Under the pieces are notes generated by a model. That model worked only from the letters and a program-made list of their open reading frames with translations, made no database searches and was not told the origin of the DNA. DNA of 64,000 nt from positions 11,573-75,572 of the forward strand of contig JAIBBF010000012.1 of assembly GCA_019694795.1 (NCBI GenBank). Direction: 5' to 3'. This stretch comes from Flavobacteriales bacterium. Its GTDB lineage: Bacteria > Bacteroidota > Bacteroidia > Flavobacteriales_D > UBA2798. Both the position numbers and the translations under genes were made by a program. Positions 58,177 through 64,000 of this stretch are shown in pieces. Each line of letters starts with the position of its first letter. The stretch's first letter is position 1.

Positions 58177-59082
58177 TTATTTCCCGCTATCAAGAATTTT
58201 TTGGTATTTCGTCAGGTTACCCGGATCCATGGCTTTACACAGATTGAATGCTTTTTGTTTATCAGCCGGTGGAGCTTCAGAAAATAAACTCACCAATTCA
58301 TTCACTTTGGTGGAGAAAAATATCTGAACATTAAAAGAGGCCGGACGTTGTTTAGCCACCACCTGAATTTGTTCCAGTGCAGCGATAATCGATTTGCGTC
58401 CTTCTTCCACATTATCGTACATCCGGTCAAATCCCATTCGGTGATAATCGTAAAATGCTTTTCGCAAAGGTTTAAACACACCCTGAATGGCATTATCCAC
58501 CATCCAATAACGGTTTCTGTCGCCCTCCGCCGCTCTCCATCCCGGCTCCGAGGCCGACTGTGCGTTATTTACGATTTGCTGCGCTTTGGCAAAATATTTC
58601 GATCCGCCTTCGAGTGAAAATGAATCGTAATCGTAAGCGATAATCATGTAGGCATAAAAAGCAAGAACGGAAGTAAGATTATTTCTATGCTGGTCAATCG
58701 AAAACAACAAAGGCGTTCCGCGTTGATATTTAAATTTAAAATTCTCGTCGAGATAATTGAACAAGGTCGATTTGTAATTGGTGTTAAAAACCGGTCGGCT
58801 CGACGTAACCTGAATGGTTCCGCCATAGTCTTCATTGCTCGACATCTCCGAAATATTGATCAGCACATTGCAATCAATTTTTTCTTCGTCCTTAAATGTT
58901 TCGGTTGTCCAGCGCGTATTATTCATGAACTCCTGCAATTGTTGCTGCAATTGTTCGAACAATAATTTATCCGCAGCAGAAACCTGAAGTGAAGGAGAAA
59001 TAATCTGCAAACGACACATTAATTCCTGAGCACGTAGCGACAAGGCAGGGAATAAAAGGATGAGCAGAATTAATTTTTTCAT
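58177..59082 (-). CDS. DUF4835 family protein (annotated in some Bacteroidota as T9SS-associated PorD)
   Basis: Signal peptide. Conserved position directly downstream of coaBC, with a 4-nt overlap, as in many Bacteroidota. Confidence 0.7.
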   Translation of the reverse strand: MKKLILLILLFPALSLRAQELMCRLQIISPSLQVSAADKLLFEQLQQQLQEFMNNTRWTTETFKDEEKIDCNVLINISEMSSNEDYGGTIQVTSSRPVFNTNYKSTLFNYLDENFKFKYQRGTPLLFSIDQHRNNLTSVLAFYAYMIIAYDYDSFSLEGGSKYFAKAQQIVNNAQSASEPGWRAAEGDRNRYWMVDNAIQGVFKPLRKAFYDYHRMGFDRMYDNVEEGRKSIIAALEQIQVVAKQRPASFNVQIFFSTKVNELVSLFSEAPPADKQKAFNLCKAMDPGNLTKYQKILDSGK

Positions 59083-60278
59083 TTTATGTTTTTCACAATG
59101 GCATTCAAAATATCGGCAGCCACTTCCTGTTTAGACTTTAACTCAAATCTAACCATTTTATTGTTGCGGTCGATCAATGTAATTTTATTGGTATCATATC
59201 CAAAACCTGCACCTTTATCATTCAGGGAATTAAGAACGATCAAATCGAGATTTTTGGATTTGATTTTCTTTTTCGCGTTTTCAATTTCATGATCGGTTTC
59301 CAATGCAAATCCAACCAAAAACTGATTTTTTTTCTTTTTCTCACCGAGCGATTTCAAAATATCTGCTGTTGGTTCCAGCTCAATATTCAAAACTGCATCT
59401 GCTTTTTTTATTTTTTTTCCGGCTACGGATTTCGGACGATAATCTGCCACTGCAGCCGATAATATGGCCACATCGCTTGAGGGAAATAATCGGTTGACTT
59501 CTTTATACATTTCAGCGGCAAACCGGACATTAATGCGGTGGACTGCGGATGAAGATTCAACAAAACTCGGACCACAAACCAAATGAACTTCTGCCCCCCA
59601 GGATGCGGCAAGTTCTGCAATTGCAATTCCCATTTTTCCACTGCTGCTGTTTCCGATAAATCGAACGGGATCTATTGCCTCATGGGTTGGTCCGGCCGTA
59701 ATAAGAATTCGCTTACCGCTTAATTTTTTTTTTTTGGAAAATTGCTGTTCAATAGCAGCGAAAATGTTCTCCGGTTCCGGCATTCTTCCTTCGCCAATTA
59801 ATCCACTGGCCAATTCTCCGTTCTCCGCTTGCAGAACATTATTTCCATATTCCTTCAGTCGGCTTAAATTCAGTTTCACCGAAGGGTGACGGTACATATC
59901 CAGATCCATGGCAGGTGCAATCATTACCGGACATTTAGCCGATAGATAAACCGCCAGTAATAAATTATCGCAAATCCCATTGGCCATTTTACCGATGGTA
60001 TTGGCAGAAGCAGGAGCAACGACCAACAGATCGGCCCACATTCCCATTTCAACATGATTGGTCCATGTACCTTGGTCGGCATTAGAAACCATGTGAACGG
60101 AAACAGGATGTTTGGAAAGAGTACCCAGCGTAAGGGGACTAATAAAATCGCAGGCAGCCGGCGTCATTAACACACGAACTTCAGCACCTGCTTTTACGAG
60201 CAGACGAACAAGGTGCGCAGTTTTATAAGCAGCAATACTGCCTGTTACACCAATAAGAATTTTCTTTCCGCGCAGCAT
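59079..60278 (-). CDS. coaBC: bifunctional phosphopantothenoylcysteine decarboxylase / phosphopantothenate-cysteine ligase
   Basis: Flavoprotein N-domain (ILIGVTGSIAAYK ... APASANTIGKMANGICDNLL) and CoaB C-domain (ILITAGPTHEAIDPVRFIGNSSSGKMG). Confidence 0.95.
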   Translation of the reverse strand: MLRGKKILIGVTGSIAAYKTAHLVRLLVKAGAEVRVLMTPAACDFISPLTLGTLSKHPVSVHMVSNADQGTWTNHVEMGMWADLLVVAPASANTIGKMANGICDNLLLAVYLSAKCPVMIAPAMDLDMYRHPSVKLNLSRLKEYGNNVLQAENGELASGLIGEGRMPEPENIFAAIEQQFSKKKKLSGKRILITAGPTHEAIDPVRFIGNSSSGKMGIAIAELAASWGAEVHLVCGPSFVESSSAVHRINVRFAAEMYKEVNRLFPSSDVAILSAAVADYRPKSVAGKKIKKADAVLNIELEPTADILKSLGEKKKKNQFLVGFALETDHEIENAKKKIKSKNLDLIVLNSLNDKGAGFGYDTNKITLIDRNNKMVRFELKSKQEVAADILNAIVKNIK

Positions 60279-60293
60279 AGCGCAGGTTTAGGA

Positions 60294-60620
60294 TTATTTA
60301 GTTGGTTCTTCAGGGTAACGGAAATAGGTTCCGCCTTCCTGAAACTCCTGAATTGCAATAGCAACCGGTTTCGGAAGTTTTTCGTAGTGACGAGAAATTT
60401 CAATTTGCTCACGGTTTTCGAAAACCTCTTCCAGGTTATCGGTATGCGTTGCAAATTCCTGAAGTTTGGAAGTGAGCTCCTCCTTCATTTCTACAGCGAT
60501 CTGATTGGCACGTTTGCCAATAACAACGATCGACTCATAAACGTTCCCGGTACGCGCTTCGAGTTTATCTACATCTCGTGTAACGGTAGTGCGTTCTGCG
60601 GTGGAGTTTTTATAGCTCAT
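60294..60620 (-). CDS. rpoZ: DNA-directed RNA polymerase subunit omega (Bacteroidota-type)
   Basis: NVYESIVVIGKRANQI core, about 108 aa, and the conserved bamD-rpoZ-coaBC order. Confidence 0.8.
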   Translation of the reverse strand: MSYKNSTAERTTVTRDVDKLEARTGNVYESIVVIGKRANQIAVEMKEELTSKLQEFATHTDNLEEVFENREQIEISRHYEKLPKPVAIAIQEFQEGGTYFRYPEEPTK

Positions 60621-61444
60621 TTTTCTTCGGTTTTATTACTATTCTTCAATTCTACTATTGCCTTCGCCGAAGCATCATAAATTTGCTCCAGTTCAGCCTT
60701 ATACTCGCTTTGCGGATAAAGGGCTACAAAATTAGTATAAGATTTAATAGTTTGCTCATAACGCTCTAACTTTTTTTTGTCGGTAGAATTACTTGCCAAT
60801 AAAAAGTCGGATCTCACTATCAAGTACATAGATCTCTCCTGATAGCGGGTATTGGGATATTCTTCGAGCATGGATTTTAAAGCTACCGATGCCGATTTGT
60901 AATTTTCGACTTTATAGTAGAGGTAAGCATTCTCAAACGCCTTGGTTTCCAGCTTGTAATACAAGTTGTCCATGATTTTATTGCAGGTATCCCTCCTTGC
61001 GCTTTCGGGGTAGCGGTTCATGAACAATTGCAATTCATTGATGGCATCGTAAGTTTCCGTTTGGTCGAGCGACCAGTTGGGCGAGTTTTTCACATTACAC
61101 ATGGCACTCATAAAGAGTGATTCCTCGGCATAACGAGAACCCGGATAGGTCTTGGCGAACATCTTAAAGTAATAGGCCGCCAGGTAGTATTCAGAAAGGT
61201 ACCAGTGACAGTAAGCGTAGGTAAAATATACTTTTTCTGCCTGATCCTTACCGCGGTAAACACCGGAAGAAACCAAATCCTCCAATAAAGGCAAAGCGCG
61301 ATCGTAATCCTTTTTATCGTAATACTCGAACGATTTCCTCAGTTTCAATTCAGAATCCGTGCTCTTTAAAATCTTGTTATACTCCGAGCAAGCAGACAGT
61401 AAAAAGCTAAAAACCAGCGCTATAAATAAAATCCTGCGATTCAT
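60617..61444 (-). CDS. bamD: outer membrane protein assembly factor BamD (TPR lipoprotein)
   Basis: Lipobox LLSAC after MNRRILFIALVFSF, with TPR-like repeats throughout. Start set at 61444. Confidence 0.85.
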   Translation of the reverse strand: MNRRILFIALVFSFLLSACSEYNKILKSTDSELKLRKSFEYYDKKDYDRALPLLEDLVSSGVYRGKDQAEKVYFTYAYCHWYLSEYYLAAYYFKMFAKTYPGSRYAEESLFMSAMCNVKNSPNWSLDQTETYDAINELQLFMNRYPESARRDTCNKIMDNLYYKLETKAFENAYLYYKVENYKSASVALKSMLEEYPNTRYQERSMYLIVRSDFLLASNSTDKKKLERYEQTIKSYTNFVALYPQSEYKAELEQIYDASAKAIVELKNSNKTEEK

Positions 61445-61543
61445 GAGTTGCAAATATACCGAATTAAGCGGCATGGAAAACAACGGAGATTAAGATAGAA
61501 AAGTATGCGAATAAAAAGGGAGAACATCCCTCTGGCTTTAAAA

Positions 61544-61556
61544 GTGATACTATCAC
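61544..61556. promoter_or_regulatory. palindrome GTGATA-C-TATCAC plus an adjacent GTGAT half-site (61560-61564)
   Basis: Read from the sequence. It lies in the 230-nt divergent region between bamD and the alpha-oxoamine synthase gene. Confidence 0.3.
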
Positions 61557-61623
61557 CGGGTGATGAATTAGTGGGTTGTTGAAAATTTCCTGAAAGCCCA
61601 TTGATAATAAGCCTTGCTCTTGG

Positions 61624-61631
61624 TATTTTTG
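61624..61631 (+). promoter_or_regulatory. TAnnTTTG -7 box (TATTTTTG), with a TTG at 61601-61603 as a possible -33 element
   Basis: Exact -7 consensus 43 nt upstream of the TTG start at 61675. Confidence 0.45.
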
Positions 61632-61674
61632 TATTCCTAAACAAAAAATTTACTAACCCTTAATTTTTATCACC

Positions 61675-62919
61675 TTGGATATTTTTGAGAAGATCAAATT
61701 GAACCGTGGACCACTTGGAAAGCATTCGAAAGAATCTCACGGTTATTTTACTTTCCCTAAACTGGAAGGTCCTATCGGTAACAAAATGATCTTCCGTGGG
61801 AAGGAAGTGTTGGTGTGGAGTCTGAATAACTATCTCGGACTTGCCAATCACCCGGAAGTGCGCGAAGCGGATGCAAAGGCTTCTGCAGATTTTGGACTTG
61901 CATATCCAATGGGTGCTCGTATGATGAGTGGTAACTCGAACTACCACGAACAACTCGAGAATGAATTATCGTCCTTCATGAAAAGAGAAGACACTATTCT
62001 TTTAAACTTCGGTTATCAGGGAATGGTTTCTGCGATCGATTCATTGGTAGATCGTAATGATGTAATTGTTTACGACAGCGAATCGCATGCTTGTATTCTT
62101 GACGGTATGCGTTTGCACATCGGAAAACGATTTGTATTCCAGCACAACGACATGGAAAGTCTGGAAAAACAATTAGCTCGTGCCGTAAAAGTTGCTGAAG
62201 AAAAAGACGGTGGTGTTCTTGTAATCACCGAAGGTGTTTTCGGAATGGCGGGCGACCAGGGTAAATTGAAAGAAATTGTTGCGCTGAAGAAAAAATATTC
62301 CTTCCGCTTATTTGTAGATGATGCGCACGGATTCGGAACTATGGGTCCAACCGGAGCAGGAACCGACGAAGAACAAGGTTGTCAGGAAGGCGTTGATGTG
62401 TACTTCGGAACTTTCGCTAAGTCGATGGCATTAATCGGCGGATTTATTTCTTCTACCGAAAACGTAATTGAATATCTCCGTTACAATATGCGTTCTCAAA
62501 TTTTTGCGAAAGCATTACCGATGCCACTTGTAATCGGAGCACTTAAACGTTTGGAATTACTTCGTAGCAGACCGGAACTTCGCGAGAAATTATGGACCAT
62601 TGCTCATGCATTGCAAAACGGATTAAAAGATGCAGGATTCAACATTGGAAATACCAACACCATGGTAACACCTGTGTTCTTATCCGGATCACTGGGTGAA
62701 GCAACCAATCTTACGTTTGACCTCCGCGAAAATTACAGCATCTTCTGTTCAATTGTGGTTTATCCGGTTGTACCGAAAGATGTTATTATGTTGCGTTTAA
62801 TTCCAACTGCAGCGCATACACTTGAAGATGTAAATTACACTATTGAAACCTTTAAGAAAGTTGCCGTGAAATTGAAAAAAGGAGAATACTACTCCGATAA
62901 AATCGTTAACGTGAATTAA
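61675..62919 (+). CDS. PLP-dependent alpha-oxoamine synthase (Kbl/BioF/serine-palmitoyltransferase family)
   Basis: SLNNYLGLANHPEV, DSESHACILDG, LFVDDAHGFG and GTFAKSMA (PLP lysine) motifs. TTG start, with no in-frame ATG for 36 codons. Confidence 0.88.
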   Translation: MDIFEKIKLNRGPLGKHSKESHGYFTFPKLEGPIGNKMIFRGKEVLVWSLNNYLGLANHPEVREADAKASADFGLAYPMGARMMSGNSNYHEQLENELSSFMKREDTILLNFGYQGMVSAIDSLVDRNDVIVYDSESHACILDGMRLHIGKRFVFQHNDMESLEKQLARAVKVAEEKDGGVLVITEGVFGMAGDQGKLKEIVALKKKYSFRLFVDDAHGFGTMGPTGAGTDEEQGCQEGVDVYFGTFAKSMALIGGFISSTENVIEYLRYNMRSQIFAKALPMPLVIGALKRLELLRSRPELREKLWTIAHALQNGLKDAGFNIGNTNTMVTPVFLSGSLGEATNLTFDLRENYSIFCSIVVYPVVPKDVIMLRLIPTAAHTLEDVNYTIETFKKVAVKLKKGEYYSDKIVNVN

Positions 62920-62943
62920 TTTCATTTCAATACAAAATAAAAA

Positions 62944-62974
62944 ATCCCCTTCTTTTCAGAAGGGGATTTTTTTT
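62944..62974. terminator. bidirectional rho-independent terminator
   Basis: ATCCCCTTCT-TTTC-AGAAGGGGAT (62944-62967), flanked by an A-run upstream and a T-run downstream, between convergent genes. Confidence 0.85.
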
Positions 62975-62998
62975 GGCAACACCATTGATGTTTTCACA

Positions 62999-64000
62999 TC
63001 AATAGAAGATGGTGAGTGTTCCGGTATATTGTGCAGGAATCGTTCCGTCGGTAAGTTCAATGATGTAGAAGTAAGTTCCCTGTGGCAAACTTCCGCCATC
63101 CCAGTTGTTCAAATAGTTATTATCGAGATAAACCAATTGTCCCCAACGATTGTACACGCGTAAAATACTGTTCGGGTGATATTGCAATCCATCAACATAG
63201 AACACATCATTTACACCATCACCATTAGGTGATATTACATTGGGGATGTCGAGCGAACAGCTGATCATGATTACATTCGATGTATCACTTGCAGTGTTGC
63301 CACATGCATCGGTAACCGTAAAGATGTAATCGCCATTTACAGCGCCTTGGATTAAATAATTCATGGCAATGGTATCCTGAACAACACCGAGGGCATTGAC
63401 TGGAATATCCCAGCTGTACACCAATGGTGATATTCCACCCTGAACCTGATAAGCAACTAAAGCAGTGCTATCGCTATTGAGACAAAAACGTCCGGATGTA
63501 GTATGGATATTTAAATTTCCATTCATAATATCTACATATACATACAAAGATGTATCCAATCCGCAGGCATCGGTAGCAGTGAAGAGTAAGGAGTCGGGAC
63601 CATTTACCACTACACTGGCGGTAGAGTCGAGATCGCCGGTGGACCATTGGTAGGTGTAAGGTGAAGTTCCTCCTGCGGTAACGTAGGCCACAAAATCGGC
63701 GGTGTTACCCGGACAACTCACTTCAATTAAGGTATCCGAAACAAAAAGTGAAAGAGGAATATAAGGTGGTACCGTAACGACCATGGTATCCGTATCCATT
63801 TGGAGACAGGTATTGGTTACAGTTAAAATATAGGTAGTAGTGGTTAATGGTTGAACCAGCGTTTGTGCAGTCATTGCTCCATTACTCCAATTGAAATAAG
63901 TTGTATCACCTGAGCCACCACTATAGGAACCATTCAGCAAAACAGATTGTCCGGCACAGGTTAACGTGGTATCAGGACCTGCATTTGCAAATAAAGGTGC
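62999..64000 (-). CDS. T9SS type-B C-terminal sorting domain protein (N-terminus lies beyond the window end)
   Basis: C-terminal IPNVISPNGDGVNDVFYV..LRVYNRWGQLVY..NNWDGG..GTYFYII. The frame stays open from the listed TTG at 63940 to nt 64000 (..APLFANAGPDTTLTCAGQSVLLNGS..). Confidence 0.9.
   Translation of the reverse strand, partial: APLFANAGPDTTLTCAGQSVLLNGSYSGGSGDTTYFNWSNGAMTAQTLVQPLTTTTYILTVTNTCLQMDTDTMVVTVPPYIPLSLFVSDTLIEVSCPGNTADFVAYVTAGGTSPYTYQWSTGDLDSTASVVVNGPDSLLFTATDACGLDTSLYVYVDIMNGNLNIHTTSGRFCLNSDSTALVAYQVQGGISPLVYSWDIPVNALGVVQDTIAMNYLIQGAVNGDYIFTVTDACGNTASDTSNVIMISCSLDIPNVISPNGDGVNDVFYVDGLQYHPNSILRVYNRWGQLVYLDNNYLNNWDGGSLPQGTYFYIIELTDGTIPAQYTGTLTIFY

Noticed and set aside
60213-60680. 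155-aa plus-strand ORF covering rpoZ and the coaBC start.
   Set aside because: It is antisense to two conserved genes, and its composition is not protein-like.
1-64000. Looked for tRNA/rRNA/tmRNA/RNase P/SRP RNA signatures, CRISPR-like regular repeats, and transposase, integrase or phage genes.
   Set aside because: I saw no T-loop/acceptor-like GC-rich segments, no conserved ncRNA boxes and no regularly spaced repeats. No ORF has a DDE, tyrosine- or serine-recombinase motif. This was a search by eye only, so short or divergent ncRNAs could have been missed.

Overview
This is a densely coding chromosomal segment that looks like Bacteroidota, probably a gliding Flavobacteriales/Cytophagales-type organism. 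Three observations support that call. Three large adhesin-like proteins end in the T9SS type-B (gliding-motility) C-terminal sorting domain. The BamD-RpoZ-CoaBC-DUF4835 block is in the order typical of the phylum. Several genes are preceded by the Bacteroidetes TAnnTTTG -7 promoter box. About 63 protein-coding genes can be supported, and most are housekeeping: icd, sua5/tsaC, tcdA, tatD, ychF, typA, htpG, purC, phoH-like, tex, coaBC, rpoZ, bamD, split transketolase, cystathionine beta-synthase and type II sulfide:quinone oxidoreductase. By eye I found no rRNA, tRNA, CRISPR array, transposase, integrase or phage gene, so nothing here looks like a classical mobile island. Five places deserve a second look. 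(1) 53.4-57.6 kb: an ECF-sigma operon carrying an FGE-fold (GldK/GldJ-like) protein and a protein with a GldM-C-terminal-like domain, outside any gldKLMN context. (2) 35.4-40.0 kb: seven tightly coupled genes. These are LemA-TPM-TPM, a TPM-less membrane protein whose last 66 nt are almost identical to the end of the preceding gene, a signal-peptide-bearing YidD-like protein, and two paralogous membrane proteins. (3) 25.7-28.6 kb: a 993-aa exported WD40-caspase (C14) fusion. (4) 19.6-22.8 kb: a VWA gene wedged between the two halves of a split transketolase. (5) 40.0-41.7 kb: a frameshifted gene of about 570 codons next to several orphan genes. All functional calls come from motif recognition in the supplied translations. 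No database search was run, so family names are hypotheses until checked with HMM or structure searches.
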